From: Dehalococcoidia bacterium
Lineage (GTDB): Bacteria > Chloroflexota > Dehalococcoidia > Lucifugimonadales > Australimonadaceae
Direction of reading: 5' to 3'
DNA: 64,000 nt
NCBI GenBank assembly: GCA_963579135.1
Contig: CAUZFB010000002.1
Span: 48,341 to 112,340 of the forward strand
A model generated the notes under the pieces. The model saw nothing but the letters and a program-made list of their open reading frames with translations. It searched no databases and was not told where the DNA came from. Of the stretch, positions 1 to 9,024 are shown piece by piece. Made by a program: the position numbers and the translations under genes. Numbering within the stretch: position 1 is the stretch's first letter; each line of letters starts with the position of its first letter.

Positions 1-71
1 GTAATCATCGAGGTCGGCATATCTTAGCGCTATGGCATAGTCGACGATCTGCTGTGTGGGGCGGTCCACGG

Positions 72-1292
72 TCAGCCTAGGGCCTCGGCGATGAACCGGC
101 CAAAGGCTTCATTGCCCAGTGGACGGCCAATGTCCGTGAGGCGCAGATGGTCGCCTGCCCACTCCACCAGGCTGTCCTCCAAACAGTCGTTAACGGCGAC
201 GGGGAACGCGTCGGCGATACCGACGCCGAACCGCTGGCGAAACGACGCATCACTGACGCCAGGGTTAAGGCGCAGGCCCATCATCATCGTCTCACCCATG
301 GCCATGGGAGCGGTCGTTAACTCAATCGTATCGACAGCGCCAGCGTCGGCCAACGCATCGATAGTCAGTGGGCCACTGCTCCGCCATGCGGTGGCGCGTT
401 CGATGTAGGCACGAGGTGGTTTCATGTCGGCGAATCGCACGCCATGCTCGGGGAGAGCCGATAGAGCGCCCTCCCCACGGGCGACGTAGCCGTGGGCGCC
501 AGGGCCCACGCCGAGCCAAGCCTCGTTGCGCCAGTAGGTGAGGTTGTGGATGCTCTCCAGTCCTGGTTTCGCCCAGTTGGAGATCTCGTACTGCTCGTAA
601 CCAGCGGCCGCGAGTGTTTCACAGGTCATCTGGTACATCTCGGCGGCGAGGTCAGGATCGGCCTCGGGCAACCGTCCACCGGTCACATCCGCCTCCATGG
701 GGGTGCCGCCCTCCAGCGTCAGGGCGTAGGCCGAGATGTGCTCGGGATCCAGCGCCACGGCCTCCTCCAGCGAATGTGCCCAGGACGCAGCGAACTGGTA
801 CGGCAGGCCAAACATAAGGTCGATGCTCAGGTTGTCGAAGCCCGCGACTCGCGCCGCCTTCACTGCGGCGATCGCTTGGTCTACGGAATGACGTCTGCCC
901 AGCAGCCGCAGCTCGTGATCATCAAATGATTGCACGCCGATGCTGAGGCGATTGGCGCCCGATCGGCGGATGGCCCGGAGGCGTTCGCGGGAGCAATCGC
1001 CGGGGTTCGCCTCAAGCGTGGCCTCAGCGTCCAGGGGGAGGTCATACGCGGCGTGGATGGCGCGCATTAGCTTGGTGATGTCGCGCGTGGGCAAGTACGA
1101 TGGCGTACCGCCACCGAAGAACAGGCTGGTGAGCGTGGGATGCTCCAGCCAAGCGCCCCATTGAGTGATCTCGTTGGCGACGGCATCGACGTACCCCGGC
1201 ATGAGCGACTCGATGGCGGCGTAGGTGTTGAAGTCGCAGTAGGGGCATTTCGTTTCGCAGAAGGGAACATGGACGTACAGGCCAAGTGTCAT
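72..1292 (-). CDS. hemW: Radical-SAM heme chaperone HemW (HemN-like coproporphyrinogen III oxidase family)
   Basis: 406-aa ORF. It has the N-terminal radical-SAM motif 'HVPFCETKCPYCDF' (CxxxCxxC) and HemN/HemW-like length and layout. Confidence 0.85.
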   Translation of the reverse strand: MTLGLYVHVPFCETKCPYCDFNTYAAIESLMPGYVDAVANEITQWGAWLEHPTLTSLFFGGGTPSYLPTRDITKLMRAIHAAYDLPLDAEATLEANPGDCSRERLRAIRRSGANRLSIGVQSFDDHELRLLGRRHSVDQAIAAVKAARVAGFDNLSIDLMFGLPYQFAASWAHSLEEAVALDPEHISAYALTLEGGTPMEADVTGGRLPEADPDLAAEMYQMTCETLAAAGYEQYEISNWAKPGLESIHNLTYWRNEAWLGVGPGAHGYVARGEGALSALPEHGVRFADMKPPRAYIERATAWRSSGPLTIDALADAGAVDTIELTTAPMAMGETMMMGLRLNPGVSDASFRQRFGVGIADAFPVAVNDCLEDSLVEWAGDHLRLTDIGRPLGNEAFGRFIAEALG

Positions 1293-1298
1293 GGGCGG

Positions 1299-1304
1299 AT
1301 TATA
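1299..1304 (-). promoter_or_regulatory. Candidate -10 hexamer TATAAT 6 nt upstream of the hemW ATG (leaderless-type promoter)
   Basis: The minus strand reads cctTATAATccgcccATG. The same geometry recurs at thiL, rsfS, the phosphoesterase gene and uvrB. Confidence 0.35.
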
Positions 1305-1457
1305 GGGCGGTGCCGTTCAGGAAGGGCGACGTGCGGCACGCTAGCGTTGGTTTGACCCGACGGTCGTTCGTGGTTCGAGTGCTTCATCACGAACAGGAAT
1401 CTGGCGCCAACGAACGAGAGAGTCATCCGATGTTGGTGCCCGCAAACAGAGCGTCGC

Positions 1458-1784
1458 TCAAGCCACTGACGGGGTCGGTGGATGGGCGGCTCGACATCCG
1501 ACGAGGATGTCAGCGGGCACGAGCTTGATGGCGATGGCAATGGGCACGGCGACGAAGATGAGGTCGTCCAGCCAGCCCAAGACGGGGATGAAGTCGGGGA
1601 CGAGGTCGAACGGGACTAACGCATATCCGACGGCGAACCAGAGCAACGCTTTTGGCAGGCGGCCAGTCCGTGGATCCGTGAGAACGCTCCGCCAGATGGC
1701 GAGCTGACGCTTCATGCGATTAGCAAACTCTTTAGTGACGGCGTAGCCGCGAGCGATCGCGCTCTTGAGCGATGCATTAGTCAT
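1458..1784 (-). CDS. DUF1232 (YkvA-like) small membrane protein
   Basis: Motif 'YALVPFDLVPDFIPVLGWLDDL' is typical of DUF1232. Start placed at the internal Met ('MTNASLK'), because the longer ORF overlaps the upstream gene by 53 nt. Confidence 0.6.
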   Translation of the reverse strand: MTNASLKSAIARGYAVTKEFANRMKRQLAIWRSVLTDPRTGRLPKALLWFAVGYALVPFDLVPDFIPVLGWLDDLIFVAVPIAIAIKLVPADILVGCRAAHPPTPSVA

Positions 1785-2142
1785 AGCGTGGAATAGGCGT
1801 CCCGCGGTGAAAGGCCATACGCCAGACACCCTGCTGGTACCGCCACACCGAGGAGCGGCGAGAAACGGTCCCCGTGTCGGCGATGGTGGCTACGTACGTT
1901 GCCTGAGCCTGGTCGCTGCTCATCTCTCGAACGTTGAAGTCAGACACGGCGACCTCGCGGTGGGTCTCTGTTAGCAGAGCGCCTATGATCGAATCCTTGT
2001 TGTAGACGGTGCCGGAGGCCCCTATCTCGACGAAGTCGTCCGTGAGCAGATCGGCCAACGCCTGGCGGGACGTCCTCACGTCCCGGGTGAGCAGGCGCTC
2101 CTCCAGATCACGGATCGTGCGTGTGAGGTCGTCGTCTGGCAT
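1777..2142 (-). CDS. DUF4440 / NTF2-like (SnoaL-fold) protein
   Basis: 121 aa. 'LLTDDFVEIGASGTVYNKDSII' and the C-terminal 'WRYQQGVWRMAFHRGT' match the NTF2-like DUF4440 pattern. Confidence 0.55.
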   Translation of the reverse strand: MPDDDLTRTIRDLEERLLTRDVRTSRQALADLLTDDFVEIGASGTVYNKDSIIGALLTETHREVAVSDFNVREMSSDQAQATYVATIADTGTVSRRSSVWRYQQGVWRMAFHRGTPIPRYD

Positions 2143-2286
2143 CGCCGTAGCTCCCGGTCACCGCTGTCTCGTGCTTCGAATACCTCAGCACGGACGGGGC
2201 TTTGGGCCGGCGCCTCGCGCGGAGGGTACACCAATGGTTGTAACAGGTGGCTCCAAGTATCTGATTTGGCGAATCGATCGCCAGGA

Positions 2287-3381
2287 TCAGACGTTGAAAA
2301 GGAAATTTACAACGTCGCCGTCCTGCATGATGTAGGTCTTGCCCTCGGTGCGGAAGTTGCCCTGTTTGCGGGCCTCGGCGATGGAGCCCGTGCGGATCAG
2401 GTCCTCGTAGCCGACAATCTCGGCGCGGATGAAGCCACGCTGGATGTCAGAGTGGATCTTGGCCGCGGCATCCACCGCGGAGATTCCCTTACGAATGGTC
2501 CATGCTCGGGTTTCGTCGGGGCCGGTGGTGAGGAACGAGATAAGTCCCAACAGGTCGTAAGACACGCGGATCATACGGTCAAGGCCCGGCTCACCGACAC
2601 CTAGCGATTCGCGGAACTCGGCCTCCTCCTCAGGCTCCATCTGCGCGAGCTCCATCTCAAGCTTGCCGCTGAGGGCCACGGTAGACACGTTGGGCTTGTT
2701 GATCTTGGCAGCCATCTCGACCTCGATCGCGTCCGTGCGATCGACAGCATCCTCATCGATGTTGAAGACGATCATGAGCGGCTTGCCAGAGAGCAACTGG
2801 AAGTTTTCGAGCAACGGGCGGGCCTCTGCGGGCAGTTCTTGCTCGCGGACCGGAACCTCAGCCTCCAGCTGCTCCCTAATCTTAGCGATGATCGCCTGTT
2901 CCTTGGTCAGCGCGTCGCGCTCCGAGACCTTGGCCGAGCGCAGCTGCGTACCGATGCGCTGCTCACGGCGTTCGAGCAGTGCCAGATCCGAGAACATCAA
3001 CTCCATCTCCAGCGACTCAGCATCGCGATAGGGGTCGATGGTGTCTTCGACGTGGGCGACCGAGGCATTCTCAAAGGCGCGAGAGACCATCAACAATGAG
3101 TCGCACCGCTGGAGGAGACTGAGGAACTCACCGCCGATCCCCTTGGCCATGCCGTCGGGCGACGCCGGGATATCAATGTACTCGACCTCAGCGGGCACGA
3201 TCCGTTTGGGCTTGGAGATCTCGGCCAGCTTCTGCAAGCGTACGTCCGGGACCTTGGCGATGCCGATGTTGGGCTGCGCTCCCGTAGTGCGGAACGTGGC
3301 TGTTTCCGCGTGACCACGCGTCACAGCGTTGAAGATGGATGTCTTACCGGTACGCGGGAGTCCGAAGATGCCGATGGCCAA
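2287..3381 (-). CDS. ychF: Ribosome-binding ATPase YchF
   Basis: 364 aa with P-loop 'GLPRTGKTSIFNA' and the C-terminal TGS-like end 'GKTYIMQDGDVVNFLFNV'. TTG start preceded by an AGAGGA Shine-Dalgarno (SD) sequence. Confidence 0.9.
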   Translation of the reverse strand: MAIGIFGLPRTGKTSIFNAVTRGHAETATFRTTGAQPNIGIAKVPDVRLQKLAEISKPKRIVPAEVEYIDIPASPDGMAKGIGGEFLSLLQRCDSLLMVSRAFENASVAHVEDTIDPYRDAESLEMELMFSDLALLERREQRIGTQLRSAKVSERDALTKEQAIIAKIREQLEAEVPVREQELPAEARPLLENFQLLSGKPLMIVFNIDEDAVDRTDAIEVEMAAKINKPNVSTVALSGKLEMELAQMEPEEEAEFRESLGVGEPGLDRMIRVSYDLLGLISFLTTGPDETRAWTIRKGISAVDAAAKIHSDIQRGFIRAEIVGYEDLIRTGSIAEARKQGNFRTEGKTYIMQDGDVVNFLFNV

Positions 3382-3417
3382 AGCGAGTCCTCTGAAACGA
3401 TGGGGATTTCAGTAGGC

Positions 3418-3423
3418 ATTGTA
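3418..3423 (-). promoter_or_regulatory. Candidate -10 hexamer TACAAT upstream of ychF (about 36-nt leader with SD)
   Basis: The minus strand reads ggTACAATgcc...cagaggactcgctTTG. Confidence 0.25.
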
Positions 3424-3931
3424 CCGGAGGGGGAAAGGCCAGGCTGGCACCCGGAGGGTCTTCCACACGTCCGATATCAGCTCGGTGGTGGAAACAGCGA
3501 TAGCGCACCCTCCCCCAGGTCGCGAAAATGCCGACCCCGCCATCGTGTACCTCATGGCGTTCTCGGATGAAGAGACGATAGGACGTACGACGGCCAGGCA
3601 GCTGATGGGTTATCTACTGAAGCCGTTCAACGACGGGGAGCTCCGCGCCACCATTCAGGTAGCCGCTTACAAGCGCTCGGTGACGGCAACGCTCGCCCAG
3701 CGTCAACAACAGCTAGCTGGAGGCGTCCACGAACTGACGACAGTGAATGGACTATTCCAGCAACAACTGTCGAAGCGTTTCGAAATCGGGGGCGCCTACC
3801 GGGAGGTACCGACGGACCTCGAAGGGCTAGCCGAGTACGCCACTGCTATGCTCACCCGGGCGAAAACCCAAGAACGGCCTGACCTGACGGAGATCAAGCG
3901 GGCGATCCTCGAACAAGAACCCGAGAGTTAA
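3419..3931 (+). pseudogene. N-terminally truncated response-regulator receiver remnant fused to a coiled-coil-like tail
   Basis: 'PAIVYLMAFSDEETIGRTTARQLMGYLLKPFNDGELRATIQVA' matches only the C-terminal third (beta4-alpha4-beta5-alpha5) of a CheY-like receiver. The beta1-beta3 region and a clean phospho-acceptor context are absent, and the frame runs into the ychF promoter region. Confidence 0.4.
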
Positions 3932-3989
3932 GAGCCTGCGACGATTCCCCGAAGACCCAACGCCACCGTCCAACCTGGGCTCGTCGAGC

Positions 3990-5711
3990 CTAGTCGAAGA
4001 CAGCGGCGATCAGGACTATTACGGCGAAGGTGACGAAGATCGCGGCGACGGCTGCGCCGAGCGGGGGGCGCCCGAGCAGGCTGATGACGGTTGCGGGCTC
4101 GCCACGCAGGGAGAGCAAGCGTGACCATCCCGATTCTGGCACCAATGTGATGCGGCTAACGGATTCGACCATCTTGTTCACAATTCGCGATGCCAGGCTG
4201 AATGGCCATTCCAGGGGCTGCTGGATGAACAGGCGCACCGGTGCGCCTGCCTTACGGTAGAACCAGTCCGTGTCCAACGTGACGACGTCACGCGGGGCCA
4301 GGCGGGGCAGTAGCGCCCAAGCAGCGACCAGCGTGAACGCGAAGACCTCGAGGCCAAAGACGACGTTGGCGCTGGTGAAGCCGTGAGGGTGCAGCTCCAA
4401 GCGGAGCAGGTCGAACGTGGTCGCGGGCGCGAGCCCGACTGCCAGCGAAAGCGCTGCACCGGCGCCGAGCGCAACGAGCATGCCGCGCGGCACGCTGGCG
4501 GTGACCGGGGTGCGTTGCCCGCCGAAGAAGGCGTAGTACGGCAGCTTGACGCCGACCGCCAGCGTTGCACCGACCGATGCAACGAGCAGAAGCAACAGGG
4601 GCCACGGACGGGCCACGCCCGCGCCATGCTCCGTAAATAACTCGGCACCACCCAAGCCGACGAGCAGGGGGAACAGCGAAATGGAGACCGCGCCAACCAT
4701 GTAGAGCCCAAAGACCGCCCGCAATGGCCTGGCCAGGCCACCGAGCTGCGTGAGCTTCGTCGTACCAGTCGCGTGCATGACTGCGCCCGCGCCCATCACC
4801 ATTACGGCGGGCCACAGGACGTGGGTGAACGCTTGGTCCGCCACCGCCTCCATAGCCCCCGTTCCCACGCCGACAGCGGTGACCATGAAGCCAACCTGGC
4901 TGATGATGTGGTAGGCGAGAAGTCGGCGGATATCGTTCTGGACCAAGGCGTAGACGGCGCCGTACACAGCCATGAGTGGGCCGAGTGCCAGCAGGATGTC
5001 CCAGCCCACGAACCCGGTCATCAGCACGAAGACGGCGGTCTTGGTGGTGAAGGCGCCCAGGAACACCATGCCGGTGGCGCTGGACTCGGGATAAGCGTCA
5101 GGCAACCAGGCGTGCAGCGGGACGATCGCGGCATTGACGGCCACGCCCCAGAACATGAGCCAACCGGCGGTGCTCTCGTCGAAGCGCATGAGCTCGAACG
5201 AGCCGGTGTCGCCGACGTGCCACAGAATGCCCGCCAGCAGAAGGCTTCCACCGACGATATGCACAAACAGATAGCGCAGTGCGGCAGGTTTCGAGAGCGA
5301 ACGCCCGCCATTCATGATGAGCAGCATGGACGCGACGGCCATCATCTCCCAGAAGGTTATGAGAGTGAGGAGGTCGCCTGCCAGCACAACGCCCAAAGCG
5401 CTGCCGAGATAGGCGAGCGTTGCTCCCTGCTGAACGCGGTCCTTCACGTGCAGCGCGAATGCACCACCCGCGATGCCAACGAGTGCAAACACGGTGGCCC
5501 ACACTTCGTTGAGCTCCGTGACCTGCATGGGCAGGAGCTCGAGATTCAGCCAATCGAGGTGGGCGGCATCCTCCGGTTCCAGGACGGCGAAGATCTGGAT
5601 GAACGCCAGCACCGGCGCGACGAGGAATGCCCACGGGCGAACCGCCGATGGCAAGAACGGGACGATGGCCGCACCGATTAGGAGGATGAGGGCGGGAGGG
5701 AAACTATCCAT
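3990..5711 (-). CDS. NuoL/MrpA/MrpD-family proton-conducting membrane subunit (573 aa) with a C-terminal helix plus TM anchor
   Basis: Multi-TM protein carrying 'FWEMMAVAS', 'HAWLPDAYPE', 'GAFTTKTAVF' and 'DIRRLLAYHIISQVG' (Proton_antipo_M hallmarks). It is the last gene of the Mrp-type operon. Confidence 0.8.
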   Translation of the reverse strand: MDSFPPALILLIGAAIVPFLPSAVRPWAFLVAPVLAFIQIFAVLEPEDAAHLDWLNLELLPMQVTELNEVWATVFALVGIAGGAFALHVKDRVQQGATLAYLGSALGVVLAGDLLTLITFWEMMAVASMLLIMNGGRSLSKPAALRYLFVHIVGGSLLLAGILWHVGDTGSFELMRFDESTAGWLMFWGVAVNAAIVPLHAWLPDAYPESSATGMVFLGAFTTKTAVFVLMTGFVGWDILLALGPLMAVYGAVYALVQNDIRRLLAYHIISQVGFMVTAVGVGTGAMEAVADQAFTHVLWPAVMVMGAGAVMHATGTTKLTQLGGLARPLRAVFGLYMVGAVSISLFPLLVGLGGAELFTEHGAGVARPWPLLLLLVASVGATLAVGVKLPYYAFFGGQRTPVTASVPRGMLVALGAGAALSLAVGLAPATTFDLLRLELHPHGFTSANVVFGLEVFAFTLVAAWALLPRLAPRDVVTLDTDWFYRKAGAPVRLFIQQPLEWPFSLASRIVNKMVESVSRITLVPESGWSRLLSLRGEPATVISLLGRPPLGAAVAAIFVTFAVIVLIAAVFD

Positions 5712-5973
5712 CAGTACCCTCCCCTCTTTCGTCTCGCCCCGCGTACGGGTCGTCTTCGCGGGTCACACCAGCATGGGTCAGCGCGGTCACCAGTGCGATG
5801 AGCGCGACGGAGGAGAGCAGCCCGATGGCTGCCCAGAGTCCGATTGCGGTGCTCCCCCAGAGGGGCGATTCGTAGTGGTCGGTGTCGGCGATCACCAGTT
5901 CTGCCCCGAGGGCGATGACCGCAGCTGCTCCAGACGCGAAAGCTGACAGGATGAGCCTCCTGGGAGCAATCAT
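5704..5973 (-). CDS. Unknown 89-aa two-TM protein embedded in the Mrp-type operon
   Basis: Two hydrophobic segments followed by an acidic tail ('REDDPYAGRDERGEGTDG'). It overlaps the upstream gene by 4 nt and the downstream gene by 8 nt, which indicates translational coupling. Confidence 0.55.
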   Translation of the reverse strand: MIAPRRLILSAFASGAAAVIALGAELVIADTDHYESPLWGSTAIGLWAAIGLLSSVALIALVTALTHAGVTREDDPYAGRDERGEGTDG

Positions 5974-7511
5974 CGTGCGGCTCCCGCCGCCACGTCGGAG
6001 GCTCCTGAGGCGAGGGCATCCACGGGGCCGAACGCTGCGGTAGCCACGTTGGTGGCGAGCTCAAAGAAACTGAACGGCAGGTTGGGCGCGATGCCCAAGA
6101 ACAGGGCCAGTACGCCAGTGATGGCCAGCGGCACGACCATGCGCATGTCGGCCTCGCCGTAGCCAACGTGATCCAGAGATCGTTTCCAGAAGGCACGGTA
6201 GATGATGGGGAACAAGTACCCGGACGCCAGAACGCCGCTGATTAGGTATACAACCATGAATATCTGTTGGTCGACTTCCGTGGCACCCCAGCCAAGGTAG
6301 AACTTGCTGGTGAACAGCACGAAGGGCGGGATACCAGCCATGCTGAGGGAGGCAAGGGTGAATGCACCCATGGTTATGGGCATCTGCCAACCGATACCGT
6401 CCAGTTGGCTGACGTTCTCTTTGTGGGTGTGGGCATTGATGGCTCCCGCGACGAAGAAGAGCGTGATTTTGGTGACGCCGTGCCCAACGATGTGCAGCAA
6501 TGCGCCGACGAGCGCGATGGGACCCACGAGCGCTACCCCCAAGACGATGTACGACAGGTGGGAGATAGTCGAGTAGGCGAGGCGACGCTTGAGATTATCG
6601 TGCCGCAGCGCCAGCAACGAGCCGATGAGGAGTGTGGCGGCAGCGAAGAGGGCGATGACCTGCCAAGCGGCAATCTCACGCAACAGTTCGGCGCCAAACA
6701 CGAACACGAGCATGCGAACGACGCCGAACACGCCTGCCTTCACGACGGCTACGGCGTGTAAGAGTGCGGATACGGGCGTGGGCGCGACCATGGCGCTGGG
6801 CAGCCAGCCGTGCAGCGGCATGACGGCCGACTTCACCCCAACGCCGACCATCAGCAACGCGAGCAGCCCCCAGGCTGTGGCCTTGGAGATGCTTTCGTCC
6901 GCGAGCAAGCCTCCAGCCACGAAGGTGCCGTCGATGCCCAGCATGTGAACCCACGCTGTGCCACCGATGAGCATTAGGCCACCCGAGAGGGTGTAGGTGA
7001 GGTACTTTCGACCAGCGACGATGGCGCTCTCCGTCTCCCGGTGAGTGACCAGCGGGAACGTGAATAGCGTCAGTAGTTCGTAGAAGATAACGAACGTGAG
7101 CAGGTTAGCGGCGAACGCCACGCCTGCGGCGGCGGTCAGGCTGAGCGCAAAGGCCACGAAAAATCGCGTCTGCTTGTGCTCATGCTCGACGCGCATGTAG
7201 CCGACGGCGTAAACGCTCGCCAGTACCCACAGCGACGACGCGAGCAGGCCGAAGATCATGCCAGCGGAATCCGCGCGCAACATGATGTCGATGCCCGGCG
7301 ACAGCTCAATGATCGTGGTCTGCGGCACACGTCCGTCGAGCACATCGGGAAGCATGGACGCAACGACCGCAACCATAACCACCGCCGCAATCGTGGACCA
7401 GGAGTCCCGCAGGTTGCGGAAGCGCTCGCCCGTGAGCAGCACAAGCAATGCGGCACTCGAGGGCAGCAACACGGCGATCAGCGGCACGACAGATGAGTAG
7501 GTTTCGATCAT
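5970..7511 (-). CDS. mrpD: Mrp antiporter subunit D-like (NuoM/N family), 513 aa
   Basis: 'FYELLTLFTFPLV', 'PLHGWLPSAMVAPTPVSALLHAVAVVKAG' and 'LKRRLAYSTISHLSYI' are Proton_antipo_M motifs. Confidence 0.85.
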   Translation of the reverse strand: MIETYSSVVPLIAVLLPSSAALLVLLTGERFRNLRDSWSTIAAVVMVAVVASMLPDVLDGRVPQTTIIELSPGIDIMLRADSAGMIFGLLASSLWVLASVYAVGYMRVEHEHKQTRFFVAFALSLTAAAGVAFAANLLTFVIFYELLTLFTFPLVTHRETESAIVAGRKYLTYTLSGGLMLIGGTAWVHMLGIDGTFVAGGLLADESISKATAWGLLALLMVGVGVKSAVMPLHGWLPSAMVAPTPVSALLHAVAVVKAGVFGVVRMLVFVFGAELLREIAAWQVIALFAAATLLIGSLLALRHDNLKRRLAYSTISHLSYIVLGVALVGPIALVGALLHIVGHGVTKITLFFVAGAINAHTHKENVSQLDGIGWQMPITMGAFTLASLSMAGIPPFVLFTSKFYLGWGATEVDQQIFMVVYLISGVLASGYLFPIIYRAFWKRSLDHVGYGEADMRMVVPLAITGVLALFLGIAPNLPFSFFELATNVATAAFGPVDALASGASDVAAGAAR

Positions 7512-8989
7512 GCGACGCCCGGCTCAAGGATATGGATGACGATGACCGCGTTAAGCACACCCAGCACCACCGTGGAGAGGCCCAATAGGACGGTTGGTAT
7601 GGCCATGTCCAAGGGTGCTTCGTGCGCCTGCGATTCTTCGGCCAGCTCACGCTCCGTCTCACCAAAGCCGTCCCGCTCGTGGTCTGCGTGTGAAGGCTCG
7701 GGCTGTAACGGGTGCAGATATGCACTCTCGAGGATCCTGAACAGGTACACGGCCGTAAGCAGCGAACTGGCCAACACGACCACAACGACGATCCATTGGC
7801 TGGACTCGATACCCGCCTGCACGGCATACCACTTGCTGAAGAAGCCTGTGGCGGGCGGTATGCCAACCATGGCCAGGGCTCCAAGGGTGAACGCTCCCAT
7901 CGTGAACGGCATGCGCCGGCCGATACCGGAGAAGTGAGCAACCAGGGTGATGCCGCTGGTGAAGCGGACAGACGCAGCGGCCATGAACAGCGTGGCTTTC
8001 ATCACGGCGTGATTCATGATGTGCAGTAGCGCAGCTACCAATCCCAGCGGCGTCCCCAGGCCCAAGCCGACAGCGATGACGGCAAGTTGGCTAATGGACG
8101 AGTAGGCGAGCATGCGTCGTATATCTTTCTGCGACATCGCGGCGATCGACCCGAAGACAATGCCTATCAACCCAAGCACCAACAGGGCATCGGCGATGGG
8201 AACTGCATCCTTCAGGTAGCCATCCGGGAAGACGCTGAGGAACATGCGGATCATGGCGTAGGCGCCCACCTTGGTCATGATTGGTGCGATCAGCGTGTTC
8301 ACCGACGACGGTGCGAAGGTGTAGGCGTCGGGTAGCCAGAGGTGCATGGGGACAAGCGCCATCTTCAGGCCGAGGCCCGCGAAAATGAACGCGGCGCCCG
8401 CCTGGACCGACCGCGCGGTGGCATCGTCGGTCAACAACTCCTTCATTTCGCCCATGTTGAGAGTGCCCGTGCTGAAGTAGAGGAATCCCACGCCCAGCAT
8501 GTAAAACGAGCCACCCACCGAACCCAGGATCAAGTATCGAAAGCCAGCGAGCATGGCGCGGCCACCGCCCAGGAAGATGAGCGAGTACGCAGCGAGCGAC
8601 GATATCTCGAGGAAAACGAACAGGTTGAACAGATCCCCCGTGACGACCATGCCGACCAGACCTGCGATGAGCAACATGACCAGGCCGTAAAACGACCCCA
8701 GTCGATCACCAGCCTCATGGTCGGCCCAGCGGCGCGTACCGATGATGACGAGCGTCGCCACCGATGTCACGATAACGACAACGAACGCTGCTATGAGGTC
8801 GACGACGTACTCGATGCCGATGGGCGGCGCCCAACCACCCAGGTTGTAGCGCATCGTCCCGTTGTCTAGGACGTGAACGAGCGACCAGATGGAGGCCACC
8901 ATGGATAGACCCACGCCGACAAGCGCGAGGATGAAGCCAAGCTCGTAGCGGCGCCGGGCTGCCACTGGCACTATCAGAGCGGCCAACAT
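7508..8989 (-). CDS. mrpD: Mrp antiporter subunit D-like (NuoM/N family), 493 aa
   Basis: 'FLEISSLAAYSLI', 'PMHLWLPDAYTFAPSSV', 'IRRMLAYSSISQLAV' and 'HIMNHAVMKATLF'. Confidence 0.85.
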   Translation of the reverse strand: MLAALIVPVAARRRYELGFILALVGVGLSMVASIWSLVHVLDNGTMRYNLGGWAPPIGIEYVVDLIAAFVVVIVTSVATLVIIGTRRWADHEAGDRLGSFYGLVMLLIAGLVGMVVTGDLFNLFVFLEISSLAAYSLIFLGGGRAMLAGFRYLILGSVGGSFYMLGVGFLYFSTGTLNMGEMKELLTDDATARSVQAGAAFIFAGLGLKMALVPMHLWLPDAYTFAPSSVNTLIAPIMTKVGAYAMIRMFLSVFPDGYLKDAVPIADALLVLGLIGIVFGSIAAMSQKDIRRMLAYSSISQLAVIAVGLGLGTPLGLVAALLHIMNHAVMKATLFMAAASVRFTSGITLVAHFSGIGRRMPFTMGAFTLGALAMVGIPPATGFFSKWYAVQAGIESSQWIVVVVVLASSLLTAVYLFRILESAYLHPLQPEPSHADHERDGFGETERELAEESQAHEAPLDMAIPTVLLGLSTVVLGVLNAVIVIHILEPGVA

Positions 8990-9024
8990 GGGCGGAAGGA
9001 CGATAAGAATCGGGAGCTGGTCCG

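Noticed and set aside
1-71. Possible minus-strand gene start (ATG at 20..18) running off the left edge.
   Set aside because: Only six codons are visible, so it cannot be supported.
1355-1400. 'GTGGTTCGAGTGC' resembling a tRNA T-arm.
   Set aside because: No acceptor, D or anticodon arms can be built around it. It is only a 7-bp hairpin (GTTCGTG/CACGAAC) in the DUF1232-hemW spacer.
4773-5681. 302-aa ORF on the plus strand inside the 573-aa antiporter-like gene. The same applies to similar long antisense ORFs at 22748-23653, 60137-60982, 51539-52318, 48856-49620 and 27461-28069.
   Set aside because: All lie opposite strongly supported genes and are rich in Arg/His/Asp/Gly. They show no domain signatures and are classic GC-rich shadow ORFs.
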